The notes under the pieces: model-generated
The model's database searches: none
What the model saw: only the letters and a program-made list of their open reading frames with translations
What the model was told of the DNA's origin: nothing
Shown: positions 28,959-38,028 of the stretch, one piece after another
How the letters are laid out: the number at the start of each line of letters is the position of its first letter
Numbering within the stretch: the stretch's first letter is position 1
Program-made: the position numbers and the translations under genes
Source: an uncultured delta proteobacterium
Lineage (GTDB): Bacteria > Myxococcota_A > Polyangia > Polyangiales > B10-G4
NCBI GenBank assembly: GCA_963727445.1
Contig: CAVSGI010000009.1
Span: 96,001 to 160,000, forward strand
Length of the DNA: 64,000 bases
Reading direction: 5' to 3'

Positions 28959-30209
28959 TCAGATCAGAGTGGGCTCTTCGACGCAGTTGCCGATCTCCAG
29001 GATGAGATAGGCGAGCGCCTGCTCCTGCGCGGTGAGCATGGAGCCGCTGGCGCCCTCGACGGTGTGATAGCTGGTGAAGAGCGTGCGCCCGCATCCGCGA
29101 TCCGCGGTGACCGTGAGGGGGTGCGGCGATCCAGACATCGGCCCGCGCACCCAGGTCTTGGCCCGCTCGGCGGAGGCGGACTGCACCATCACCCAGCCCT
29201 CCTCGAGACCGCGGATCTCCATCATCCCCGAGGCGTCGAGCGCTCCGTTGTTCGCGAGCCACGCCGCGAGCTCCTCGTCGAGAACCTCGCCCTGCGTCGC
29301 GCCGTAGATGGGCGCTCCGTTCTCGGCCGCGTCGATGGGCTCGGGGGTGTCGCTGAGGCCGCTCGCGCCTCCGAAATCGAAGGCGGACGGCACCGCGGCT
29401 TCCGCCGTGTCGTAGGCGAGGTCGGTCACGTAGAGCCGGCCGCCCTCCTCGACGAAGGAGCGGATGTTGGCGACCACCGCCGGGTCTTCGAGCGCGCTCC
29501 TGTCGTACCAGCTATCGGCGAAGCCGGCGCCGCAGTCGACGAAGACGTAGTCGTAGCCATTCAGGCGCGCGCTGTCCCGAAAGAGGCTCGCGCCGCCATC
29601 GGTGCTCCCCGTCTCGTCGTCTCCGTTCACGATGTCGACCACACCAGAGGACAGGCCGATGTGCTGGAGCACGGTCTCCATGTGGTCCCAGGTGCCCGTC
29701 ACCACGGCGATGCGGGGCACGGTCCCTTCGCTCGAATCCCGAGGGAGCCGCGTCTGCTCACCGTCGAGGGGGTTGGCCGTGCAAGGCGTGAGCGACACAG
29801 GCACGTTGCGGACGAACGGCCCCTTCTGGACGACGATCATCGTCGTGCCGGAGGGAACCCCTGCGAGATTGAAGGTGCCGTCGACGCCGGTTTCGGTGAT
29901 CGCATAGACGCTGCTTCGATCGACGCACTCGCCGCACGTCCCGGAGCGCGTGATGGAGCCCGAGGGATCGACCGGGACGTAGACCTGCGCCTTCGACACG
30001 GGCAGAGCGCCGCTCGGAAAGGTCACCACGCCCGAGATGCTCGTGGACGCGCCGCCGCACTCGTCGGCCGGTGGGGGCGCCGTCGTCTCGGGGGGCGGCG
30101 GTGGTGTCGTCGTGCTGCCGCCGTCCGCGGTGCGACTGGACGAAGCGGGTGTGGGCGGGGCGCAGCCGATGGCGACGATGAGGGGAAGGAGCTCGAGGAC
30201 GTGCTTCAT
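28959..30209 (-). CDS. Myxobacterial-type lipoprotein with carboxypeptidase-regulatory-like domain
   Basis: VAIGC lipobox, SISG.V..P, T..DG.F.L.GVP, QKG.F.R, IAVVTG.WD, GR.LFTSYH. Confidence 0.7.
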   Translation of the reverse strand: MKHVLELLPLIVAIGCAPPTPASSSRTADGGSTTTPPPPPETTAPPPADECGGASTSISGVVTFPSGALPVSKAQVYVPVDPSGSITRSGTCGECVDRSSVYAITETGVDGTFNLAGVPSGTTMIVVQKGPFVRNVPVSLTPCTANPLDGEQTRLPRDSSEGTVPRIAVVTGTWDHMETVLQHIGLSSGVVDIVNGDDETGSTDGGASLFRDSARLNGYDYVFVDCGAGFADSWYDRSALEDPAVVANIRSFVEEGGRLYVTDLAYDTAEAAVPSAFDFGGASGLSDTPEPIDAAENGAPIYGATQGEVLDEELAAWLANNGALDASGMMEIRGLEEGWVMVQSASAERAKTWVRGPMSGSPHPLTVTADRGCGRTLFTSYHTVEGASGSMLTAQEQALAYLILEIGNCVEEPTLI

Positions 30210-30236
30210 GGGGAAACCTCTTGTGCCTCCGAAGAA

Positions 30237-30252
30237 CGCAAGGGCCATTCCA
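30237..30252 (-). promoter_or_regulatory. Candidate sigma54 promoter
   Basis: TGGAATGGCCCTTGCG (GG-N10-GC), followed by an AAGAGG RBS and ATG 30209. Confidence 0.45.
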
Positions 30253-30393
30253 GGCGAAAACCGCCACTTCGCCCGCCGCTTTGGGGCTGAGTCTCCCCAG
30301 TACGCCCCGGAAACATGGAGCGTATTCGGTGCAGAGGTGCACCCCCCGACCGATCTTGGCTTCGCCAGGGCGATTGGGCCATGCTGCCTGGCG

Positions 30394-32094
30394 ATGGCCG
30401 AGCTCGCGCCGGGAGTGACGATCGCCGGGCGCTATCGCATCGAACGAGCGCTGGGTGCGGGGGGCATGGGCTCGGTGCACCTGGCCACGCGGCTGTCGGA
30501 TGGCGAGCGGGTGGTCCTCAAGACGCTCCTCGCATCGTGGGCGGCGAATCCCTCGTCCCGGAAGCGCTTCGCGGTGGAGGCCGAAGCCGCGTCGCGCCTG
30601 AGCCATCCAGGGATCGTGCGGATCCTCGAGTGGGATGCCGACGCGGAGACGCCGTTTCTGGTGATGGAGCACGTCTCTGGGCGCACCCTGACAGAGCACA
30701 TCCGCGAGCCGGACCTCATGGCCGTCGGACGCGCCGTCGATCTGTTGCGCCAGCTCCTGGATGCCCTCGACACCGCACACGCGCAGGGGATCGTCCACCG
30801 TGACCTGAAGCCCGCGAACCTCATGATCACCGAGTCCACGGGCGGCGAGCGACTGAAGGTCCTCGACTTCGGCCTGGCGCGCATCCTCGACGACGAACGC
30901 CAGACGCGCTTGACGCGCACGGGCCAGGTCCTGGGCACGCCGGGCTTTTTGGCGCCCGAGCAGGCCAAGGGTGATCCGGTCGATGCGCGCACCGATCTCT
31001 GGGCCGTCGGGGTGATCGCCTACGTGATGCTCACGAAGCACCTTCCCTTTCAGGGCGAGGACACGAGCGAGCGCATCCTGGCGATGCTCACCCAGGCGCC
31101 GGTCCGGCTCTCTCACCACCGTCCCGACGTGAACGACGCGGTCGCGGCGGTGATCCATCGCAGCCTCGAAAAGGAGCCCGACCATCGCTTCCCGTCGGCC
31201 GCGGCGCTCGCCGATGCCCTCACGCGTGCGCTCGCCGGCGAAACCGTGACCACCGCCACCGTGCCCGGGCGCGCGCTCGCGCCGCCACCCACCATGCCCG
31301 GCACCGTGGCACACACCCACGCGCTTCCTTCTGCTGTGGTTCCGCCGACGATGCAGGCGTCGGCCGCGGCGCCCCCCTCCGCCGCGCGCCCGCGCCGGCG
31401 GGGTGGCGTGATGCCCTGGCTCGTGGCGACGCTGCTCCTCGTCGGCCTCGTCGGGCTGGGGTTGGGCGCCTTCGCCCTGCTTCGTCCGCCCGCGGAGGAG
31501 CCCGTCGCTGTCGCGCAGGTACCGCCATCGTCCCTCCCGCCGCTCGCCACCCCGACCACCGCCCAGGCGGAGGCCATGCTTCCGAGCACCGCGATGACGT
31601 TTGGAGTCGGAAGCGGAGGCGGGAACGGAGACGGGAACGGAAGCGCGAACGCGAACGCCGACATGAACGCCAACGCGAACGCGAACGCGAACGCCGACGC
31701 CAACCGAAGCCAGCCTCGCGACATCCACGCTTCGGGCCGTTTCCGAGCCCGGGGCCGCGTCACCCTGATGTCGGATCGCGACCCGCCGCCGCCTCCCACG
31801 CGCGACCGGCGCCTCCGCGTCGGCTTGATCTCCAACCCTCACGGGATCCCCCGCGGGGATGCCAACCGCTGGGCACGGGCGAAGCAAGAGCTACTCGCCC
31901 CTTGCTTCGAGAGCTACACCGGCTCGACCCGCAACTTCGGCTTCGACGTCCTCTTCGACGACGAACGCGAGGAGGTCCACCGTGTGCGTGCGGGCGCGAT
32001 ACCGCTCCCGACCAGGAGATGCGTCGAAGACGCGCTGGAAGACCTCCCCGGGCCCAAAGGCGCGCGGTTTCGCATGCACATCACCTACGACTGA
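30394..32094 (+). CDS. Membrane Ser/Thr protein kinase
   Basis: GAGGMGSV, VLK, HRDLKPAN, DFGLA, GTPGFLAPEQ; TM segment; extracellular tail. Confidence 0.93.
   Translation: MAELAPGVTIAGRYRIERALGAGGMGSVHLATRLSDGERVVLKTLLASWAANPSSRKRFAVEAEAASRLSHPGIVRILEWDADAETPFLVMEHVSGRTLTEHIREPDLMAVGRAVDLLRQLLDALDTAHAQGIVHRDLKPANLMITESTGGERLKVLDFGLARILDDERQTRLTRTGQVLGTPGFLAPEQAKGDPVDARTDLWAVGVIAYVMLTKHLPFQGEDTSERILAMLTQAPVRLSHHRPDVNDAVAAVIHRSLEKEPDHRFPSAAALADALTRALAGETVTTATVPGRALAPPPTMPGTVAHTHALPSAVVPPTMQASAAAPPSAARPRRRGGVMPWLVATLLLVGLVGLGLGAFALLRPPAEEPVAVAQVPPSSLPPLATPTTAQAEAMLPSTAMTFGVGSGGGNGDGNGSANANADMNANANANANADANRSQPRDIHASGRFRARGRVTLMSDRDPPPPPTRDRRLRVGLISNPHGIPRGDANRWARAKQELLAPCFESYTGSTRNFGFDVLFDDEREEVHRVRAGAIPLPTRRCVEDALEDLPGPKGARFRMHITYD
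31621..31704 (+). repeat. Hexanucleotide coding repeat (GCGAAC-like) encoding (NA)n
   Basis: GNGDGNGSANANADMNANANANANADAN. Confidence 0.8.
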
Positions 32095-32101
32095 CGATGT
32101 C

Positions 32102-32614
32102 TCATCCGTCGCGGCAGAGACGGTCGGCGCGCTTGAGCAAGGTCGGGATGCGGTGTGCTCCGTGCATCGTGCGCACGTGGGCCGCCGCCGTGCCCACCTC
32201 CATTCCGATCGCGGTGACCAAGAGCGCGCGCTCGCTCGTCCCCCGCAGAACCGCCACCGCGCGCGTCGCTCCCGCGAAGGGCTGCTTCGCGACACCCACG
32301 ACTGCAGCGCGCCGGTCGAGAGCCGCGTGGAGGTGTGCCCCCAGCCCACGATCGTCGCCAGCGAGCCACACGTGTCCGTCCACCACCACCACGCTAGGCA
32401 GTGCGCCAAACGCTTCGAGGGCCGCGCGCAGGTGGGGAAGCTCCCGCTCGAAGAAGCGCCCTGGGACGTATGCTGCCGCGGGACCCGTCTGCCTTCGCAC
32501 GAGCGTGTGCTTCGGCTCTCCGTCCGTCCAACGATCGAAGCCGACGCACGCGGTGACGACGTGATCGTCCCGGTAGTCCACGTCGACTGCGACGATCTCG
32601 CATCGGTGGGCCAT
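32102..32614 (-). CDS. nfi: Endonuclease V family protein
   Basis: AVDVDY, YVPG.F..RELP, VVVDG, GLGAHL, VVGVAK, RIPTLL..AD. Confidence 0.85.
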   Translation of the reverse strand: MAHRCEIVAVDVDYRDDHVVTACVGFDRWTDGEPKHTLVRRQTGPAAAYVPGRFFERELPHLRAALEAFGALPSVVVVDGHVWLAGDDRGLGAHLHAALDRRAAVVGVAKQPFAGATRAVAVLRGTSERALLVTAIGMEVGTAAAHVRTMHGAHRIPTLLKRADRLCRDG

Positions 32615-32658
32615 GGTGGACACAAGCTGGGTCGGGTCGCCGCAAAGGCAAGTCGGCG

Positions 32659-33297
32659 TCAGCCCCGGCAGAGCTTCTCTCGAGCCCAGTATTCACGCAC
32701 CAGGTCGACGTCGGCCGGGTGCAGGTCGTCGATGCGGAATCGATGCGAAGGCGTGTCGATCTGGAAGCTGTCCTCGTCCGACCGAAGCTCGAGCTCGTTT
32801 CGCTCCCCCACGTGTCGATGCCCTTCCCGAATGATCTCGTAGTGCAGTGGCGTGACGCGGAGTCGCAGGGTGTCGACGAGGGTGTAGGGCCTGAAACGTC
32901 GGTAGATCGCGCGTATGAAGAGGACCACGAGCACGATCGACGCGACGCCCACGACCTTCATGACGGACGCATCGAAGAGATCGGCCGAGAAGTAGAGGAG
33001 CACCGGAATGCTCATCAAGACCCCTCCGAAGTAGATGGTGTTCGCGAGCTCAGCGAAGCGCTCGAAGCGGGTCTGACGTACGACGAGGTAATCGTGAGGG
33101 GTGGCGGTCTCGACGCGAACACGACGCATTCGGCGCAGGGCTCTGTCGCGCTTCTTCTCTTCCGCCTTGCGCTGTCTGGCCTCGCGTTCGTGCTCTTCCC
33201 GACGCTGCGCTTCGTAGATCTCGTGCGCGAGGGCGATGTCGAGGGCCTCGGGGTCGGAGGGCGGTTCGAGAGGCTCGCGATAGGTGGCAGGATCCAT
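32659..33297 (-). CDS. Hypothetical membrane protein
   Basis: Charged N-terminus, two TM segments, typical codon usage. Confidence 0.65.
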   Translation of the reverse strand: MDPATYREPLEPPSDPEALDIALAHEIYEAQRREEHEREARQRKAEEKKRDRALRRMRRVRVETATPHDYLVVRQTRFERFAELANTIYFGGVLMSIPVLLYFSADLFDASVMKVVGVASIVLVVLFIRAIYRRFRPYTLVDTLRLRVTPLHYEIIREGHRHVGERNELELRSDEDSFQIDTPSHRFRIDDLHPADVDLVREYWAREKLCRG

Positions 33298-33308
33298 GCG
33301 CTGGGTAG

Positions 33309-33324
33309 TGCATCTGGGATGCCA
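33309..33324 (-). promoter_or_regulatory. Candidate sigma54 promoter
   Basis: TGGCATCCCAGATGCA (GG-N10-GC); -12 C lies 13 nt before ATG 33297. Confidence 0.5.
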
Positions 33325-33413
33325 GGCCCCGCATGGCCTTTTTCGGCAGGGACGCGCCTCTTCCGCTACGAGCTGGTGAAAGCCGCCCGGGCAGAATGTC
33401 GGCGGTCACTAAA

Positions 33414-34691
33414 CTAGCGAAAGGGCCGGCCCTCCTCGGCGTAAGCGGCGGCGGACTCGAAGAGGTTGATCGCCATCAGGCTCTCCTCGGTCGCTGCGCG
33501 AGCGCGGTAGAGAGCGGCGACGCGGGCGCGGACCTCGGCGTCGGCGGGGCTGGCTTCGAGGGCGAAGTCGGCGAGCCCGCACGCGACGCGCATCATCCCG
33601 TCGCGCTGTAGCTTCTCCGCCCGCTCCATCAACTTCTTCGCACCGCCGGCGAGGCTGGCCACCTCGAGCGCGAGGGACGAGCGCCGCGGCGGCATCAGCT
33701 CGCTCGGCCGTCCGTTCCACCAGCCTCCGTAGTAGCGGATCACGTTGCGCACGATGAACTCGGCGTCGTCGTAGACGTTCTGGAGCCACGGGCTGTCGCT
33801 CTCGGGCAGACGGACGCGGTGCACGATGTCGGCGTGTGGCGGCGCCCCTTCGTTGAGCGCGTCGAGCGTCCGTTCGACGATGGTGTCGAGGAAGTCGGCG
33901 GTCTCGAGGAGCATGCGTTGGATCAGCGCCGGGTCGTTCACCACTGGGCCGCCGTGGCCGGGGCACATCGAGTGGGGATCGCGGGCCGCCATCTCCCTGA
34001 GACCGCTGGCCCAGTCCCAGGGATAGCGCTGCACCTTCTGCGGGTTGCCGGCGTTCGGCACGCCCCAGATGAAGAGGTCGCCGGGGCAGAGCACGCGACG
34101 GTCGGGGCAGAAGACCCAGGAGTGATCGTCGGTCTCCCCGCGGCAGTGATGCACCTCGAAACGCACGCCGCCGACCTCGAGGTCGAGTCGCTCCTCGTAG
34201 AGCTCGGTGGGCGGGAGCTCGGGCGTCCCGAAGGTGTCGTAGTCCTCCGCCAGGGCGCCGCTCTCGGCGCGCACCGTCGCCCCGAACTGCCGCGCGTTGA
34301 TCGCGCGGTTGTAGCCGGCGGTGCGGCGGTATCGCGCGAAGCGCGCGGGCATCGCGCGATGGCCCACGATCCGCGGCGGCGACTGCCCGTCCTTCAGGAA
34401 GGCCGCGAGACCGAAGGCGTGGTCCACGTGACCCTGGGTGAAGATCGCGGTGTGGATCGGTCGGTCGGTCTTCTGTCGGATCTGCGCCGCGAGGAGCGGG
34501 CCGATGCGCTTCAAGCCCGAGTCGACGAGCACCACGCCTTCGTCGGTGTCGAAGGCGGTGACGCCGCTGAACATGGATGCGAAGAAGGTGCGGTCGTCGA
34601 CGTCGACGGGACCGCCCGACCAGAGGAACTTCGCTTCCTCGGGGGACTTGCCTCTGTTGTTTGCAAAGGCCGAGACAGGATCGATCGCCAT
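33414..34691 (-). CDS. Alkyl-sulfatase-like MBL hydrolase with dimerisation domain
   Basis: VLVDSG, TQGHVDH, GETDDH, PNAGNPQKVQRY, PGHG, R.YGGWW.G.PSEL. Confidence 0.85.
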   Translation of the reverse strand: MAIDPVSAFANNRGKSPEEAKFLWSGGPVDVDDRTFFASMFSGVTAFDTDEGVVLVDSGLKRIGPLLAAQIRQKTDRPIHTAIFTQGHVDHAFGLAAFLKDGQSPPRIVGHRAMPARFARYRRTAGYNRAINARQFGATVRAESGALAEDYDTFGTPELPPTELYEERLDLEVGGVRFEVHHCRGETDDHSWVFCPDRRVLCPGDLFIWGVPNAGNPQKVQRYPWDWASGLREMAARDPHSMCPGHGGPVVNDPALIQRMLLETADFLDTIVERTLDALNEGAPPHADIVHRVRLPESDSPWLQNVYDDAEFIVRNVIRYYGGWWNGRPSELMPPRRSSLALEVASLAGGAKKLMERAEKLQRDGMMRVACGLADFALEASPADAEVRARVAALYRARAATEESLMAINLFESAAAYAEEGRPFR

Positions 34692-34751
34692 GGGACGGCC
34701 ATTTGACGCAGGCGCACCGAGATTCGCAACCACGTGGTATCACCCGCCTCG

Positions 34752-37091
34752 ATGAAGGGACGCGTCCTGCCGCTCCTGGCCCTCGCGGCGCTCGTGGCCG
34801 GCGCCGCGTGGGCGGTGACGCGCCTCGAGGTGGAGACCGACATCACCCGCTTTCTTCCGGAGGGCGACGACCCACGGATCGCGGCGGTGGCCCGCGAGGT
34901 GGTGAGCTCGGAGCTGAACCGGACCATCACCCTCACGCTCGAGGCGCCCACCGAGGACGTGGCCGCCGCTGCGGCCGAGGAGATGGGCGAGCGCCTCGCC
35001 GAGAGCGACGACGTCGAGTGGGTTCGGAGCGGACCCGACGAGGCGCTGCAGCAGGCGTTCTACGAGGCGTACTTCCCCCGACGCTACGGCTTCGCGCGGA
35101 ACCTCGACGTGTCCGACGCGGCCCTCGCCGAGCGCGTCGCGTATCTCAAGTCACAGCTCGCTCTGCCGACCGCACCCTTCATTCGCGAGATCGCCGCCTC
35201 CGATCCACTGCTGCTCTTCCCGGAGCAGCTCGACGCGCTCTCCGACGAGCTGCGCGGCACCCTACGCGTGCACGAGGGCGCCTTCATCACGGAGGACGGG
35301 AGCTACGGCGTGGTGCTCCTCGCGTCACGCGCTTCCGCCTTCGACGCCGCCGCCGCCCGCCGTCTGCTCGCGGAGATCGACCAGGACTTCGCTGCCGTGA
35401 ACGACGCGCATGGCGGCGAGCTCTCTCTCGAGATGTCCGGCGTCCACCGCTTCGCCGTCCGCGGCGAGGAGAACACCAAAGCCGACATCTCCCGCGTCTC
35501 GATCACCGGCACCATCGGCGTGCTCCTCTTCCTACTCGTCATCTTCCAGAAGCCCCGCTACCTCCTCCTCGGCAACGTACCGCTGGTGGCGGGCGTGGCG
35601 AGCGCGCTCTTCGCCACTTCGCTCGTCTTCGACACGATCCACGGCCTGACCCTCGCCTTCGGCGCCACGCTCATCGGCGTCGCCATCGACTACGTCGCCC
35701 ACTACTTGAACCACCATGTCCTCGCCCCCGATCCGAGCGGGCCCGAGGGGACGATGCGGCGCATCTGGCCGGGTCTCTTCCTCGGCGGCGTCACCACCAT
35801 CGCGGGCATCGCGGGTCTCGCCGGCACCGGCTACCCCGCGATCCAGGAGATGGCCTTCTTCACCAGCGTCGGCGTCCTCGGCGCGCTCCTCGCCACGCGC
35901 TTCTTCATGCCGCCCTTCATGATCGCCCAGCCGACGCCGACGCGCCTCCATCGCGCGCTGGCCGAGCGCGTCAGCCGCGCCCTCGAGGGGCTCGCCGCGC
36001 GGCGACGGCTGCTCTACCTGATCCCGGTGGCGGTGGTGCTCCTCGTCGGGGGCGGCCTCACCCGGCTTTCCTTCCTGGATGACGTTCGCGTGCTGAACGC
36101 CCTCGACCCGCAGCTCGTCGCCGAGGACGAGCGCGTGCGCGAGCGGGTGGCCCGCGTCGATGTGGGGCGCTTCATCGTCGCTTTCGGAGACGATCTCCAG
36201 TCCGCCCTCGAGGTGAACGATCGCGTGCGCGACACGCTCGACCAGGCGGTCGACGATCGCGTCATCGGCCGCCGCCGCAGTCTCTCCCCGCTCCTGCCCT
36301 CCGCCAGCACGCAGCGCGCGCGGCGCGACGCCATCGTCGACGCGCCGAACCTCGTCCAGCGCACCTTCGCGGCCCTCGAAGCCGAGGGCTTCGTGACCGC
36401 ACCCTTCGCGCCCTTCGCCGAGTCGATCCGCGCCCCCTACGATCCGCTCACCCTCGCGGACCTCCGAGGCACGCCCATCGCGCCGCTCATCGCGCCCTTC
36501 CTCCTCGACACCGAGGGCGACGCCGCCGTCCTCACGTTCGTCCACGACGTCCGCGACCCGGACGTGCTCGCCACGCGCATCGACGCCATCGACGGCGCGC
36601 TCTACTTCGATCAGCCGGCGTACATGGGCCGGGCCTACCGCCGGTTTCGCACCTCGGTGGAGTGGCTCCTCGCGGCAGGCCTGGTCCTCGTCTTCCTTCT
36701 GATCGTCGGCCGCTACCGCTCGGTCCGGAGCAGCCTCGCCGCCTATCTGCCCGCCGTCGGCGCCGGCGCGGCGACGCTCGGGGCGATCAGCCTCCTCGGC
36801 TTCCCCCTCACCCTCATCCACGTCGTCACCCTGCTCCTCGTGCTCTCGATGGGCGTCGACTACGGCGTGTTCATGGTCGAGTCGGAGCGCCACGAAGAGG
36901 GCCCGACCCCCACTGTGGTCAGCCTCCTCATCGCCTGTGCGTCCACCGTCCTCAGCTTCGGCGCGCTCGCCTTCAGCGCGCAGCCCGCGCTCCGCGCGAT
37001 GGGCCTGACCACCGCCATCGGCGTGCTCCTCAGCATGCTCTTCGCTCCGGCTGCGTGGCTCCTCGCCGGGCGCGGCGATCGCGATCGCTGA
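34752..37091 (+). CDS. MMPL-family exporter (ApeM-like, aryl-polyene-type clusters)
   Basis: TDI..FLP, DPLLL, IHGLTLAFGATLIGVAIDY..H, L.MGVDYGVF, LSFG.LAFS..PAL. Confidence 0.88.
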   Translation: MKGRVLPLLALAALVAGAAWAVTRLEVETDITRFLPEGDDPRIAAVAREVVSSELNRTITLTLEAPTEDVAAAAAEEMGERLAESDDVEWVRSGPDEALQQAFYEAYFPRRYGFARNLDVSDAALAERVAYLKSQLALPTAPFIREIAASDPLLLFPEQLDALSDELRGTLRVHEGAFITEDGSYGVVLLASRASAFDAAAARRLLAEIDQDFAAVNDAHGGELSLEMSGVHRFAVRGEENTKADISRVSITGTIGVLLFLLVIFQKPRYLLLGNVPLVAGVASALFATSLVFDTIHGLTLAFGATLIGVAIDYVAHYLNHHVLAPDPSGPEGTMRRIWPGLFLGGVTTIAGIAGLAGTGYPAIQEMAFFTSVGVLGALLATRFFMPPFMIAQPTPTRLHRALAERVSRALEGLAARRRLLYLIPVAVVLLVGGGLTRLSFLDDVRVLNALDPQLVAEDERVRERVARVDVGRFIVAFGDDLQSALEVNDRVRDTLDQAVDDRVIGRRRSLSPLLPSASTQRARRDAIVDAPNLVQRTFAALEAEGFVTAPFAPFAESIRAPYDPLTLADLRGTPIAPLIAPFLLDTEGDAAVLTFVHDVRDPDVLATRIDAIDGALYFDQPAYMGRAYRRFRTSVEWLLAAGLVLVFLLIVGRYRSVRSSLAAYLPAVGAGAATLGAISLLGFPLTLIHVVTLLLVLSMGVDYGVFMVESERHEEGPTPTVVSLLIACASTVLSFGALAFSAQPALRAMGLTTAIGVLLSMLFAPAAWLLAGRGDRDR

Positions 37092-37097
37092 TCCGCC

Positions 37098-37544
37098 TCA
37101 GGCGCCTGCGTCGGGCGGCGGTCCACCGGCCGACGCGACGTTGATCGATCCGCTCGCCACCTCGTCGCCGTCCCGCGTGAGCACGCACTCGAACTGCGCG
37201 AGCGGGCCGTTGCCCCACAGCTCTTTGACGTCGATGGTCAGCGCGTCGCCCAAGTGAAACGCGTCGACGGTCACGTCCACCTTGCGCGTGCCGAGAAGGA
37301 ACCCGCCCGTCGGCGGCATCCCCGCTTTCGCAGCGCGGTAGACCATGAGCGCGGCAGCCGCCTGCGCGAAGAGCTCGATGGCGACCAGCGGTGTCACGCG
37401 CCCCGCGTCGGCCATGATGTGACCTTCGCCCAGATGGCACCGACACACGATGCGGGCCTCTTCGACCTCGAGCACCTCGTCGATGAAGCGCATCGGCGGC
37501 TGGTGCGGCATCTGCGCCACGACCCAGCTCAGGTCCTCCGCCAT
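37098..37544 (-). CDS. Hotdog-fold 3-hydroxyacyl-ACP dehydratase (ApeP-like)
   Basis: PHQPPMRFIDEV, IELFAQAAA, GFLLGTRK. Confidence 0.85.
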   Translation of the reverse strand: MAEDLSWVVAQMPHQPPMRFIDEVLEVEEARIVCRCHLGEGHIMADAGRVTPLVAIELFAQAAAALMVYRAAKAGMPPTGGFLLGTRKVDVTVDAFHLGDALTIDVKELWGNGPLAQFECVLTRDGDEVASGSINVASAGGPPPDAGA

Positions 37545-37557
37545 GGTGAACGTCGTT

Positions 37558-37932
37558 CTATTCGCCGCCGACGGCGGCCTTCTTCTCGGCGGGGGCGCCT
37601 TCGGTCCCGCCGTCTTCGCCGCCTTCGGCAGCGATCGCGCGCGGATCGGTCGGCCGCTGAACCTCGGGCTCGGGCAAGCCCTTCTCGGCGGCGTCGAGCT
37701 CACTCTCCACGAAGAGGATGAGGTCTTCGACGGTGCGGACCTTGCGCGCCTCGGTGGGGTCGGGGCGTCGCCCCGTGATCTCGCGCAACTGGACGAAGAT
37801 GTCGACCGCGTCGATGCTGTCGAGGCCGAGCTCTTCGTAGAGCTTGGACTCGTGCTTGATCTCTTCGGGCTCGAGCTCGAACGACTCGGCGAGGATCTCG
37901 ACGAGGGTGTCGTAAATTTCGTCTCTAGTCAT
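37558..37932 (-). CDS. Acyl carrier protein with C-terminal extension
   Basis: LYEELGLDSIDAVD phosphopantetheine Ser motif, VRTVED. Confidence 0.92.
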   Translation of the reverse strand: MTRDEIYDTLVEILAESFELEPEEIKHESKLYEELGLDSIDAVDIFVQLREITGRRPDPTEARKVRTVEDLILFVESELDAAEKGLPEPEVQRPTDPRAIAAEGGEDGGTEGAPAEKKAAVGGE

Positions 37933-38028
37933 GAGTGGGAAAGACCTCAGCAGCGCGGGAGTATAGGTAAGCAGGCGACCCTTGCAAGTGAGGGGCCTGA
38001 CCCCTCGCGCAAGCTCTCTTCGAGCAGG

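Noticed and set aside
31621..31704. GCGAAC repeat as a phase-variable or regulatory element
   Set aside because: In-frame, imperfect hexamer encoding a low-complexity linker in a kinase
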